Source: Dehalococcoidia bacterium (GTDB taxonomy: Bacteria > Chloroflexota > Dehalococcoidia > Bin125). Taken from it: 64,000 nt of DNA. Shown here piece after piece: positions 48,976 to 60,797 of the stretch (position 1 is its first letter; each line of letters begins with the position of its first letter). The stretch spans positions 1-64,000 of the forward strand of contig OY820591.1 of the NCBI GenBank assembly GCA_963555985.3, written 5' to 3'. Both the position numbers and the translations under genes were made by a program. The notes below the pieces were generated by a model. That model was not told the DNA's origin, ran no database searches, and saw only the letters and a list, made by a program, of their open reading frames with translations.

Positions 48976-49743
48976 TCAATGGGATGAGTGCGACAGTTGA
49001 CCTTCGAGCGCAGCGACCAGATTGGCGACCGAATCCAGCATCAGATCAGCCTCAATTGCTGGATCGCGCTTATCGCCGACCTGCACCGTGACTGCAAACT
49101 GCGCGTGTTGCGCGCCGAGGATGTCCGCCTCGGGCGTATCGCCTACGAATGCGGTCTCCGCCGCGGATACGTCCAGCTGCTCCAACGTGGCTGCGAAGAT
49201 CGCCTGCCCGGGCTTCCAACTGAGCACGTCGTCGGACCAGACCCAGGCATCGATCCAGCGCTCAAACCCGCGCGAGCAAAGCGCCTGTTCGACGTAGCGT
49301 CCGGGTGCCAGCCCTGTGTTCGAGACCACGGCCAGGCGCAGGCCGCGCTCGCTCAATTCGGCAAGCGTTTGCTCCGCGCCTGCGATGATGTCCGGCGGCT
49401 CCCAAGAGGCGCTCTCGCAGATCGCCTGCTCAATTGCGCTCAAGAGCTCGTCGTCCTCAACGGTCGTGGGGCAGCGTTCGAGCATCGCCGCGCGAAAGGC
49501 GTTGAGCCGATCCTGCCCGCTGAGGTCGATGTTGCTCTGGTGCGCAACGACTAGCGCATCAATCGCGGCGCGAATCGCCTGCGGTACAGCTGCGGCTGCG
49601 CCGGAACCGGCTCCCGCGCGCTCGTAGGCCGCGCCCAGCCGCCGCTCACGCTCCAGCATTCGCCGCCGCCCGCCGCCGGGCGCGTCGCGGATCAGTGTGC
49701 CCCAGAGATCAAAGGCAACCGCTCGCAAGGACGTCGCAGCCAA
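48976..49743 (-). CDS. HAD family hydrolase
   Basis: FDLWGTL, VSNT, KP, VGD...DI.GA. Confidence 0.88.
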   Translation of the reverse strand: MAATSLRAVAFDLWGTLIRDAPGGGRRRMLERERRLGAAYERAGAGSGAAAAVPQAIRAAIDALVVAHQSNIDLSGQDRLNAFRAAMLERCPTTVEDDELLSAIEQAICESASWEPPDIIAGAEQTLAELSERGLRLAVVSNTGLAPGRYVEQALCSRGFERWIDAWVWSDDVLSWKPGQAIFAATLEQLDVSAAETAFVGDTPEADILGAQHAQFAVTVQVGDKRDPAIEADLMLDSVANLVAALEGQLSHSSH

Positions 49744-49754
49744 GAACGACGAAC

Positions 49755-49991
49755 TCAGGACGGCTTGCTTTCGCCGCCGTCGTCAGACGTCTGAGCCACG
49801 ACCTCTTCATCGCCGTTATCGTCCTGGTCTTCGGAATCGGACGTGCGCGCTTCCTCGCGGAACTCGCGCAGGCCGGTACCGAGCGCCTTACCCACGCCGG
49901 CGAGACGCCCCGCGCCGAAGACCACGAGCACGACGATCACGACCACAATCGCCTCGACGGGCCCGAATCCAATCATCGCCAATTCAGACAT
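49755..49991 (-). CDS. tatA: twin-arginine translocase TatA/E subunit
   Basis: TM-FG hinge, amphipathic LG.GLREFR. Confidence 0.9.
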   Translation of the reverse strand: MSELAMIGFGPVEAIVVVIVVLVVFGAGRLAGVGKALGTGLREFREEARTSDSEDQDDNGDEEVVAQTSDDGGESKPS

Positions 49992-50142
49992 CCGGTTCTC
50001 CTGCTTGCCGCCGGCGCTCAGCGCGCGCCGCTGAGCCCTGCGACGCTGCGCCTCGGTCTACCCGTCTCGCGCCCACTCAGCGCAGACCGGCCCGGTCGAG
50101 GCGGCCGTCTCTCAGTGTATCAGCCGCGCTGGGATTGGGAGT

Positions 50143-50559
50143 CTAGGCGGCGGTCGTGGGCATCACTCGGAGGACGGGCAGCAGGTCGCGGGCGATCTGC
50201 AGCGCGAGATTGGCGAGGGCGCGCCAATCGCTAGCCCGCTCGCGAGCAAAGACATGTTGCGTTTCCGGATGCGCATCGCCGCAGAGGTAGTCGGCCACTT
50301 CTCGCATCTTTTTGAGGCGTTGTAGCGCATCAACGTGTCTGGCCTCAAGATGTTCGGCTGCTGCTGCGATCACAGCGATGTGAGACGGGCGGCGTCCACC
50401 GCGCCAGCGTTCCGCATCCAGGCCGTAGAGCTGATCGCGGGCGGTCAGATGGCAGGCGTAGTAGGCGCGATTAACAGCAGTGCGGAAGTCCGCTTCCTCG
50501 CTGCCGGCTTGCACGTGTCGCTCTGCGATCGCAAAGAGACGGGTAGGGTCAAGCGTCAC
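50143..50559 (-). CDS. HEPN-like domain protein
   Basis: RTAVNRAYYACH...H..V...L..MREVADY; GTG start inferred. Confidence 0.7.
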   Translation of the reverse strand: MTLDPTRLFAIAERHVQAGSEEADFRTAVNRAYYACHLTARDQLYGLDAERWRGGRRPSHIAVIAAAAEHLEARHVDALQRLKKMREVADYLCGDAHPETQHVFARERASDWRALANLALQIARDLLPVLRVMPTTAA

Positions 50560-50929
50560 TGAGCTGCTCGCGATGTTCGTCGACCCCGACGACTCCCAAC
50601 GCGACCAGAAATCGCACCGCGCGAGCTTCGGGCTCGAGCTGATCGATCCAGCGCCGCACATCGAGACTGATGATGTTGCTCTGGAAATCCCACGCTTCGG
50701 CACGTGAGGTGTCGCTGTGGACAGTGAGCGGGAACCAGACGACGGCCTCCATGTCCACATCTACGTCAACCCAAGCGCGGACGATCGGAAAGCCCGTTTC
50801 CTCCGCGTGGCGCTGCACGATCTCCCAGTACTCGGTCGCCAAGCGTCGGATGAGCGGAGTGAGCCTGGGATCATCCAAGGGCCATTCGAGTTCGATCTCG
50901 CTGGCCGGCTTCGGCGCTGTGCTGACCAT
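50549..50929 (-). CDS. hypothetical protein, putative partner of HEPN-like gene
   Basis: GAGG RBS; overlaps the downstream gene. Confidence 0.6.
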   Translation of the reverse strand: MVSTAPKPASEIELEWPLDDPRLTPLIRRLATEYWEIVQRHAEETGFPIVRAWVDVDVDMEAVVWFPLTVHSDTSRAEAWDFQSNIISLDVRRWIDQLEPEARAVRFLVALGVVGVDEHREQLSDA

Positions 50930-50969
50930 CGCTCACCTCACCTGCGCTGCACGCCGCTGAGAGGCGGGA

Positions 50970-51290
50970 TCAGGACTGCAAGCGCTCCACGAAGATCCGC
51001 ATCACCCCGCCGCAAATCTTGTCTTCGCCGTCGGTCGGCTCGGTCAGATCGACCACGACCATCCGCGCCTCGCCGTCGTCAAGCGCGTCCATCGCCTCCT
51101 GCCAGACCTCAGCTTCACCGCAACCGCCGCCGATCGTACCGACGAAGCTGCCGTCCTCTTTCACCAACATCTTTGCGCCGGTCTTGCGCGGCGTGCTGCC
51201 CAGCGTCTGCGCGACCGTCGCCAGCGCCACCGGCGACCCCAACTCAAACGCTTCCGACATCGCCTCGTACACCTCGTCGTGCGCCATCAC
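50970..51290 (-). CDS. stand-alone XdhC/CoxI N-terminal domain protein
   Basis: GSTPR..GAKM, GTIGGGC.E, ICGG.M.IFVE. Confidence 0.88.
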   Translation of the reverse strand: MMAHDEVYEAMSEAFELGSPVALATVAQTLGSTPRKTGAKMLVKEDGSFVGTIGGGCGEAEVWQEAMDALDDGEARMVVVDLTEPTDGEDKICGGVMRIFVERLQS

Positions 51291-51332
51291 GTGCCTCCAA
51301 GCCAGCTTCCTGCGAGTACAGTCTACCGTCTG

Positions 51333-52181
51333 CTAGCGGGCCGTTGCCGCCAAGCGCCTGCCCTGCTCCGACATTGGCTGCGCGCCGCCGCCGCGGCGCA
51401 CGAGGATGATCTCGCCCAGCACTGAAACCGCGATCTCCTCCGGCGTCTCCGCGCCAATGTCGAGCCCGATCGGGGTAAACACGCGATCCAGCGCCTCCCG
51501 ATCCACACCCTCCTCAGCCAGATGCTGCAAGACCGTGCGCGTGCGCCGCTTCGACCCAATCATGCCCACATAGCCCGCCCCCCGCTCCGCGACCCGGCGC
51601 AGGGCCAGCTCATCGACCTTGTGTCCGCGCGAGACCAACACGATGTACGTGTTCGCCCCGATCGGAAAGCGCTCCAACTCCTCGTCGAAATCGCCGCAGA
51701 TCACGTTCGCCTCATAGGGGAAACGCTCGGGGCTGGCGTACTCCTCGCGGTCGTCGATGATCGCGACTTCCATCCCCAGCATCGCGCCCAACTGTCCCAC
51801 GGCCAGCCCCACATGCCCGCCGCCGACCACCAAGAGCGTCGCCGCCGGCTCGACCACCTCGATCAGGACTTCGACAATCGCTCCAGCTGCCTCAATCGCG
51901 CGCCGCCCCTGGACCATCTCCCCCTCCGGCGTGAACGCGACCGCCGCAACCAGATGTTGCGGAATGGCGTCCCGGGCGCGGGAGACCACAGCTCGTTCGA
52001 GCGCTCCCCCGCCGATCCCGCCGAGGACAGTCCCATCCGCATAGACCAGCAACTTCGCGCCGAGGGCGACATCAACACGGTTGGAGGCGGCCATCACCGT
52101 GCAAGAAGCAACAGCCGGCCCATCGCGAGCGGCAGTCAGAAGCGCTTGGGCGAGGTCGGCCGGGGAGGCTGTAGCGGTCAT
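51333..52181 (-). CDS. XdhC family molybdoenzyme accessory protein
   Basis: GGGHVG, DDREE, YVGMIGS, PIGLDIGAETPEEIAVS. Confidence 0.9.
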   Translation of the reverse strand: MTATASPADLAQALLTAARDGPAVASCTVMAASNRVDVALGAKLLVYADGTVLGGIGGGALERAVVSRARDAIPQHLVAAVAFTPEGEMVQGRRAIEAAGAIVEVLIEVVEPAATLLVVGGGHVGLAVGQLGAMLGMEVAIIDDREEYASPERFPYEANVICGDFDEELERFPIGANTYIVLVSRGHKVDELALRRVAERGAGYVGMIGSKRRTRTVLQHLAEEGVDREALDRVFTPIGLDIGAETPEEIAVSVLGEIILVRRGGGAQPMSEQGRRLAATAR

Positions 52182-52217
52182 GGGAGCAGGATAGTTGCGG
52201 TGTGGAGCGGGGAATGT

Positions 52218-52703
52218 CTATTGCCCTTGGTCGCCTTGCTGCTGCTGTCTTCTTCTGCGCCGCCAACGTGCGCGCGCGCTGGGAATGAAGATTGCCGCCG
52301 TGGGAGCAAGCTGAGAAACCGCAGCGACCACTGCCGGCCAAGTTGCTCCCTCGAGCGCCAGCGCAAGAGCCACTCCCAAGAGAGCCAAGCCCAAGAATGC
52401 GCCGATGTACATCCCTCGCCTGGTTCGAGAGGCATCCTCCGCCAATACAACCGCACTGAGCCGCAGTCGCTCAGCATTCCGCTCATGTCTGCTAGAAGCC
52501 TCTCTCTCGGCCATCGACAAGATGCGGTCAGCAGACCCGGGGAGAATCTCTTCATATTCTCGCAACGCCCACGGTGGCGGGATCGGGCCGGTGAATGACC
52601 GTTCCGTAGACAAGCTGATCGGCCGGCCATCTTGCTCCCCAGAGTCGGGGGCGCTCTGTTCGACAATCCCGAGTTCCGGGCCATCGTCGTCGGGTGCGTT
52701 CAT
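52218..52703 (-). CDS. DUF2335-like membrane protein
   Basis: GPIPPP..L..YE.I.PG.A.RI..MAE.E followed by two TM segments. Confidence 0.8.
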   Translation of the reverse strand: MNAPDDDGPELGIVEQSAPDSGEQDGRPISLSTERSFTGPIPPPWALREYEEILPGSADRILSMAEREASSRHERNAERLRLSAVVLAEDASRTRRGMYIGAFLGLALLGVALALALEGATWPAVVAAVSQLAPTAAIFIPSARARWRRRRRQQQQGDQGQ

Positions 52704-53053
52704 TGCTCATTCGGACGAGCGAGAGCCTCGCGTGGCGGAAGCGCAGTCCATATATCTCGCCCAACTGTCTCCCAGACATCCATGAGTGACTCAGCCGTCG
52801 GCTTGTCCTCAAAGACATGGCTGATGAAGACGTGCGGCCCCAGCATGTCGCCAAGGCCCCAAATGGTTGCAAGGCCCTTGGCGAGCGACGGCCCAAAGTC
52901 CGCGATCATGACTGACTCATCGATCAGAAGTGTCGGGCCGTCCTCATCCAGATCGCCGTCGACAGCGAGTACGTCCTCAAGATGCCAGTACGGGCTCTCC
53001 TGCTGGTCCGGCATGTTTCTGCCCTGCACTCCGTGACACCGAGCGTCGCTCAC
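52700..53053 (-). CDS. hypothetical acidic protein
   Basis: ATGA overlap with the DUF2335-like gene; start uncertain. Confidence 0.5.
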   Translation of the reverse strand: MSDARCHGVQGRNMPDQQESPYWHLEDVLAVDGDLDEDGPTLLIDESVMIADFGPSLAKGLATIWGLGDMLGPHVFISHVFEDKPTAESLMDVWETVGRDIWTALPPREALARPNEQ

Positions 53054-53113
53054 ATACTACATCCAGTCCAATGACGATCTATTGCGCTGTGAATGACAGA
53101 GGGACGGCATCGG

Positions 53114-54229
53114 CTACACATTGAACAGGATGTGCAACACATCCCCGTCCTGCACCTCGTACTCCTTGCCCTCGGTCCGCAGCAACGCTCGGCGCTTCGC
53201 CTCCGCTTCCGCCCCCGAGGCTCCAACCGCCTCGCCGCAAACCAGCAAATCATCCCACCGAGTCACTTCCGCCCGAATAAACCCCCGCTCCATATCCGAG
53301 TGAATTCGGCCCGCCGCTCGCGGTGCGCTCGACCCGCCCGGTACCGTCCAGGCGCGGCACTCTTCGGGCCCAACCGTGAAAAACGTGCGCAGACCCAACA
53401 AACGGAACGACTCCTGCAAGGCCGTCTCAACCGCCCCTGCTCCCACTCCCAGCTCGGCGCGGTAGTCGGCTGCTTCCTCTGGCTCGAAATCACGCAACTC
53501 CTCTTCCAGCCGCGCCGAGAGCGCGACCGTCGCCCCGCCCGCCGCCTCCCGGTATTGCGCAGCGGCGGACTCCGCCTCGCTCGTCTCGTCCTCGCCGAGA
53601 TTGATCAGCGTCAGCAGTGGACGCTCGGTCAGGAAGCGATACTGCCGCAAGCTTGCCCGCTCGTCCTCGTTGAGCGGCGCCTCGAGCATGTTCCCGCCTG
53701 CCCCGAGGTGCTCCTGCATCCGCGTCAGCAGCGCCGCCTCGCGGTCGGCCGCAACCCGCTCCGCTGGCTTCACCGACTTGGTCTCCTCACCGATCCGCTC
53801 CAATCGCTTCTCAATCAGCGCAAGGTCGGCAAAGGTCAGCTCCAACTGCATCGCCTCAATATCTGCCGCCGGATCGATCCGCTCCGCCGGATGCGGAACC
53901 GCATCATTCTCGAACCCGCGCACCACATGAACCAGCGCGTCAAGCAGCGACAACTGGTCAAGCAGACGCATGGTCGGCGGTTCGCCGCCGCCCAGCGCGC
54001 CCGCGAACCCCGCCCCGGGAAAATCGACCACCTCCAGCGTCGCCGGAGTCGTCCTGCGCGGCCGATACAGCGCCGAGAGCCGGTTCAGCCGTTCATCAAC
54101 CGCCGGCACAACCCCTTCATGCGCATCCTGATGCGTCATAAACCCGGTCGCCCGGCCCGCGCCGGTCAGCGCGTTGAAGAGCGTCGTCTTGCCCGAACGC
54201 TCGAACCCGATCAGTCCAACGGATGGCAT
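53114..54229 (-). CDS. ychF: YchF/OLA1 family ATPase
   Basis: GKTTLFNALT, FFTVG..E.RAW, AAG.IHSD.ERGFIRAEV, EGKEY.VQDGD. Confidence 0.92.
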   Translation of the reverse strand: MPSVGLIGFERSGKTTLFNALTGAGRATGFMTHQDAHEGVVPAVDERLNRLSALYRPRRTTPATLEVVDFPGAGFAGALGGGEPPTMRLLDQLSLLDALVHVVRGFENDAVPHPAERIDPAADIEAMQLELTFADLALIEKRLERIGEETKSVKPAERVAADREAALLTRMQEHLGAGGNMLEAPLNEDERASLRQYRFLTERPLLTLINLGEDETSEAESAAAQYREAAGGATVALSARLEEELRDFEPEEAADYRAELGVGAGAVETALQESFRLLGLRTFFTVGPEECRAWTVPGGSSAPRAAGRIHSDMERGFIRAEVTRWDDLLVCGEAVGASGAEAEAKRRALLRTEGKEYEVQDGDVLHILFNV

Positions 54230-54290
54230 AACCCACCCATCATCGCACGCCGACCAGTTCCCGGCTGCATAGCCGTGATCGCACTCACCT

Positions 54291-54779
54291 CTACCGCAAC
54301 TCCGACGGCGCAAACTCCGTCACGCCCAACCCCGGACGCGCCAAATCAGCCAGCGCCTCCCCCACCAGCGCCAACGAATCCCGCATCGCCTGCCAATCCA
54401 CCGCCCCAGCCGCCTCCGACGGACTCGCCCAGCGCCAGGCCTGATGCTCGTCCGAGAGTCGCGGCTCCGCGCCAGCCGCCGTCAGCGCGGCAAAAGCGGG
54501 AACAAAGTAGATCGTGTCGTTCTCAGGGTTGTAGAACGTCTCCGGCCGATCCAGCCGAAACCAACGCTCCACCGAAAGCCCCGTCTCCTCGTCCAGCTCG
54601 CGCAGCGCTGCTTCCCAAGCAGTTTCGCCCTGCTTCTCCTCAATGTGACCGCCCACCACCTGCCAGGCCCCCGCAAACCGGTGACCCGGCGGACGCTGGA
54701 GCAGCAACAACTCGATCCCGCCCACCTCACAAGGACGCGCGATATAGACCGCAACGAGATTGCTGCGCAGACGCGGCAC
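54291..54779 (-). CDS. NUDIX hydrolase (NudB-like)
   Basis: WQ.V.G.IE...GE....AA.REL.EETG, LSDEH. Confidence 0.88.
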   Translation of the reverse strand: MPRLRSNLVAVYIARPCEVGGIELLLLQRPPGHRFAGAWQVVGGHIEEKQGETAWEAALRELDEETGLSVERWFRLDRPETFYNPENDTIYFVPAFAALTAAGAEPRLSDEHQAWRWASPSEAAGAVDWQAMRDSLALVGEALADLARPGLGVTEFAPSELR

Positions 54780-54783
54780 GCGC

Positions 54784-55293
54784 CTACTCCGCCCACTTCG
54801 GAATCGTGCCCTCGAAGCTGTCGTAGAACGTGACGTAAGGCTTCACGTCCAGCACCGGCGTGCCGTTCGTCAAATCCAGGCCGATCACGCGCACAGTCTC
54901 ACCCTTGACCGACTCCAGCGGACAAACGCTGATCGAGATCGGATTCGGGCGGTGCGCCGTGCGCGTCGCCAACACCCCGACCTCCGGCGTATCGGAGCCG
55001 CCCGAAGGATGAATCTTCAGCAGCGCCCGCCCTTCATCCGTCACCTGATCCATCCAGGCCACCACGAACAAATGCGAGAACCCGTCCAACCCCTCCAGCG
55101 CCGGCGCGAACTCCGGACGAAAGACCAACTCCGAGCGCACCTGCGCCCAGACCCGCCCGGAGGTGTCGTCAATCCCGTTGCGCACGACCGCGATCGGAGT
55201 CAAGTCGTCAATTCGTTCCGGCAGCGAGCGCAACGCCTCCTCGCGCGCCTGCGAGGGGTTGGTCAAGCGCAGCCGTTCGCGCCACGTCACCAT
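54784..55293 (-). CDS. tsaA: tRNA t6A37 N6-methyltransferase TrmO-like
   Basis: L.GFSH, GV.ATR..HRPNPI, GTPVLD.KPY. Confidence 0.88.
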   Translation of the reverse strand: MVTWRERLRLTNPSQAREEALRSLPERIDDLTPIAVVRNGIDDTSGRVWAQVRSELVFRPEFAPALEGLDGFSHLFVVAWMDQVTDEGRALLKIHPSGGSDTPEVGVLATRTAHRPNPISISVCPLESVKGETVRVIGLDLTNGTPVLDVKPYVTFYDSFEGTIPKWAE

Positions 55294-55380
55294 CAATGCA
55301 CACTCGATCCGCAACCTCGATCGCACCCGCCCCAGTTTGCCGAACGCCCGAACGGGTACGGTCATAACGTGGTATCGTAA

Positions 55381-57483
<2,103 letters not shown>

Positions 57484-57517
57484 CCGCCGCCACGCAAGCC
57501 CAATCCCCTTCCCCACA

Positions 57518-58160
57518 CCCCTCTCCCCCTTGAGGAGACCTGCGCATAATCCCAAATTCCGTCATTCCCGCGCAGGCGGGAATCTCGAACCTCTCAAGTC
57601 TGAAGCTGCTTCCATATCTGGTCGTACCACCGCCCTCGCATCACACGATCCGCTCCTCCGAGGCCTCACCGCACCAGGATGGACTTTCGCAAAGCTCTCC
57701 GAACGCGGGAATCCAGTCTCCGTATCCGCTCAGCACTGGATGCCTCGTTGAGTCGGAATGGTGCAAATGCGGCAATTCAGGGGCGATACATCTCCCCCTC
57801 AAGAGCCTGTCCCCGCGCAGGCGGGGAGGGAGATGTCACGAAGTGACAGAGGGGGCGAGAACGCCACAACCAGCATCCAACACCCCTTCCGGCGGGAGCC
57901 GCCGCAAAAGTCCACTCCCCTCTCCCCCCGCACTGCGGGGGGAGATGTCGCGCAGCGACAGAGGGGGGTCCGACCGCCTCCCCAACTCCGTCATAGCCGC
58001 GCTTGCCGCGGAGCCTGTCCCCGCCAAGGGAGGCCGTTGCAACACCCCCATTTCCGTCATTCCCGCGCAGGCGGGAATCCATGCGGTGTAGCGAATAGCA
58101 CCTGGATTCCTGCTTCCGCAGAAATGACGAAACGCGAAGTTCGAGAAGTTTCGCAAAGGG
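57518..58160. mobile_element. Large composite REP/MITE cluster
   Basis: All three repeat families and three MITE interiors concatenated. Confidence 0.75.
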
Positions 58161-58237
58161 TTCCGAAAAAGAACACCCATTCCCCATCTGTCAACCCCAA
58201 CACACCACCCTCATACCCATATCAGCTAACCTGAGCC

Positions 58238-58249
58238 GAACGTTCGTAC
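58238..58249 (+). promoter_or_regulatory. LexA-like box upstream of HTH gene
   Basis: GAAC-GTTC-GTAC between a TAACCT hexamer and the RBS. Confidence 0.5.
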
Positions 58250-58269
58250 CCGCCAGAACAGGACTCCGC

Positions 58270-58959
58270 ATGTACATCCCGCCCAAACGCCGACGACGCA
58301 TCCTCCAAGTCCAACTGCTCCGCCACGAAGGACGCTCCCTGCGCCAGATCGGCCGCCGGCTCGGCGTCTCCCACGCCACCGTCCGCAGCGACCTGCAACT
58401 GCTCGAAACCCACTGGAGCGAGATCGCCGGCCCGGCCGCCGACGACTTCCTCCTGCAACTCCTGCACCTGCTCGGACACCGCCTCGTCGCCCTGCTCCAG
58501 GAAGACGTCTACGCGCGCTACGCCGACCAGCTCGCGCCGCAGGAGTACATCCGCTTCCAGCGCGCCCACACGGCCGAACTCGCCGTGCTCCTGCGCGAGA
58601 CCCGGCACGCGATCCAGGCCATCCACCAACACGCCCCCCAGCGCCGCAGCGAGGCCGCCCAGATCCAGGCGGAACTCGAACAGCACCTCGCAGCACTGGA
58701 CAGCCCGACTGACCAAGACCATCCAAAACCATCCACAATTGACCACTCCGAAGCGACGATTCCCCAGCCGCAACAGGAGCTCGTCGATTCCGAAGAAGCA
58801 CAGGGGGATGCAGAAACTATCCACCCGGACCAGCCCGCCGAGGAGCGGGACGAAGCCGAACTGGTCGCCTTCATCAGCCAGTTGGAGGAGCAAGTCCGCG
58901 CCAAGTTCGCCGCCGACCCACCCGCACACGCCTTCCCCGACGCCGCCGGCGGCGGCTGA
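58270..58959 (+). CDS. HTH-domain protein, dispersed element copy 4
   Basis: LRHEGRSLRQIGRRLGVSHATVRSDL HTH; same architecture as 37243-37833; 10-bp units at 58711-58750. Confidence 0.75.
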   Translation: MYIPPKRRRRILQVQLLRHEGRSLRQIGRRLGVSHATVRSDLQLLETHWSEIAGPAADDFLLQLLHLLGHRLVALLQEDVYARYADQLAPQEYIRFQRAHTAELAVLLRETRHAIQAIHQHAPQRRSEAAQIQAELEQHLAALDSPTDQDHPKPSTIDHSEATIPQPQQELVDSEEAQGDAETIHPDQPAEERDEAELVAFISQLEEQVRAKFAADPPAHAFPDAAGGG

Positions 58960-58984
58960 GAAGACGCCCAAACACGCCTGCCTG

Positions 58985-59615
58985 CTCCCACCTTGAGAGC
59001 CTGTCCCCGCGCAGGGAGGCCCTGACAAAACCCCCATTCCCGTCATTCCCGCGTAGGGGGACCGTTGCAAAATCCCCATTTCCGTCATTCCCGTGCTCCG
59101 CCACGGGAATCTCGCCGAGTTCTGCACAGGCGCCCCGCACCCGACGCCCCTTCCGCACCTCCCCTCTCCCCCTTGAGGGGGAGATGTCACGTAGTGACAG
59201 AGGGGGTGAAAACGCCACAACCAGCACCCCGCCCCCCTTCCCCTTGCAGAGACCGTTGCAGAGCTCCGCGATCGGCTGAGCCCGTCACGCCCGCGCAGCG
59301 AGAGCTTTGCACAAGTCGATGTTCTTCGTCATTGCCGCGTTCCGCCGCAGCCTGCCCCTGGCCTGAACAGGGGGCAATCTCGCCGTGATCTGCACAGGCG
59401 CCCCGCACCCGACGTCCCTTCTCACCTCCCCTCTCCCCCTTGAGAGCCTGTCCCCGCGTAGGCGGGGAGGGAGATGTCGCGCAGAGCCTGCCCCCGCGAA
59501 GGCGGGGGACAGAGGGGGTGAAAACGCCACGCCCAGCGCAGACGCCCCAACCGCTCCCCCCGCAGTGTGGAGAGAGAGTGTCGCAAAGCCCTCCCCAGGC
59601 GGGGAACAGAGAGGC
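58985..59615. repeat. Composite REP cluster with internal duplication (about 59108-59220 vs 59376-59530)
   Basis: Repeated AATCTCGCCG...CTGCACAGGCGCCCCGCACCCGACG and ACAGAGGGGGTGAAAACGCCAC blocks. Confidence 0.75.
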
Positions 59616-59636
59616 CCCAACCACCTCGTACCCTCA

Positions 59637-60353
59637 GTGAACAGCAACCCCCAACCTCCAACCAGCCTTGGCCGCCGCCGCGTGACCCGCCTCACCACCT
59701 CTGCCAACACTCTGCGCCGGGCTCTGCCCAAACCCCTCCGCCGTTGGTGGCGCGGACAGCCCCGCCTCGCCCTCGAAGACTCCGCCGCCGTCCAGATCGT
59801 CGAACAGCTCCCAATCACGCCCGACGACCGCCTCCTTGCGCTGGGCCGCGACGCACCCCTGCTCGCCGCCCTCTTGGCCGACGCCGCCCAACTCGAAGAG
59901 CGCCCACTCGCCCTGATCGGGCGAACAGCGCCCGCCCCCAGTCCGGCCGAGCTCGAGCTCGGCATCCTCCGCGGCCGCGCCGACCGCATCCCCCTCGCCG
60001 ACGCCTCGGTCAGCGTCGCCGTCCTCCCTCACCAACTGCGCCGCTGGGACGACGATCGCGCCCTCCGCGTCCTCCGCGAACTCTGGCGCGTCCTCGAACA
60101 CAACGGCGTCGCCGTCCTCTGGGAGATTGCCCCCTCCCGCTCTCCCCGCCTCAACCAACTCTGGCGCGCCGCCCTCACCGACCCGCACGGCCCTCCGCAA
60201 CTCCGCAGCTTCGCCCAACTCGGCCGCCTCGCCTACGACGCCCACTTCGCCTGGGTCCAAACCCTCCCCCTCCGCCCCTTCCTCTGGCCGCCCGGCCCCA
60301 GAGTCAGCGTCCTCATCCGCAAGGAACACTACCGCCGCGATGCAGCGGAGTAG
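59637..60353 (+). CDS. degenerate class I SAM methyltransferase-like protein
   Basis: G.A.RIPLADAS, LRELWRVL...G; glycine-rich motif I degenerate; start uncertain. Confidence 0.6.
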   Translation: MNSNPQPPTSLGRRRVTRLTTSANTLRRALPKPLRRWWRGQPRLALEDSAAVQIVEQLPITPDDRLLALGRDAPLLAALLADAAQLEERPLALIGRTAPAPSPAELELGILRGRADRIPLADASVSVAVLPHQLRRWDDDRALRVLRELWRVLEHNGVAVLWEIAPSRSPRLNQLWRAALTDPHGPPQLRSFAQLGRLAYDAHFAWVQTLPLRPFLWPPGPRVSVLIRKEHYRRDAAE

Positions 60354-60399
60354 ACAGGACTCTCGATGGTTGTGAGCGAGACAACAGGAACCGACGGCA

Positions 60400-60786
60400 A
60401 TGGCTTTACCTTTTGAATTCGTGATTGAAGGTCCGCCGGTGTCGCAACGAGCCTCGAGCAGATCGCGGCAACGATGGCGACAGGACGTGGAAAGCGCCGC
60501 CAGCCGGCAGTGGCGCAGCGATCCGCCCGAAACCGGGTCGGTTGAGGTGTCAATCTCGTACTACTTCGTCGAAGACACTCTTGACGTCGACAACATCCCC
60601 AAGCCTATTCTGGATGCGCTGAACGGGCTGGTCTTCCTGGATGATCAGCAAGTTACTGACTTGTGCTGCCACAAGCGGGATGTGAAAATCAGCCGCCGGA
60701 TCTCAGACCTCCCGCTGCCGCTTGTCCGGTATGTCGGAGGCGCAACGTCGGTGCTGCACGTCTCAATCGCCCAGGCACCGGACTAG
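60400..60786 (+). CDS. RusA family endonuclease
   Basis: F.I.G.PVS, DVDNIPKPILDAL, DD.QV. Confidence 0.85.
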   Translation: MALPFEFVIEGPPVSQRASSRSRQRWRQDVESAASRQWRSDPPETGSVEVSISYYFVEDTLDVDNIPKPILDALNGLVFLDDQQVTDLCCHKRDVKISRRISDLPLPLVRYVGGATSVLHVSIAQAPD

Positions 60787-60797
60787 GAGGCGATGCA

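Noticed and set aside
57530-58234. Short ORFs across repeat clusters (FRHSRAGGN-type peptides)
   Set aside because: Translations of dRS3/REP repeats, with no independent coding signal.
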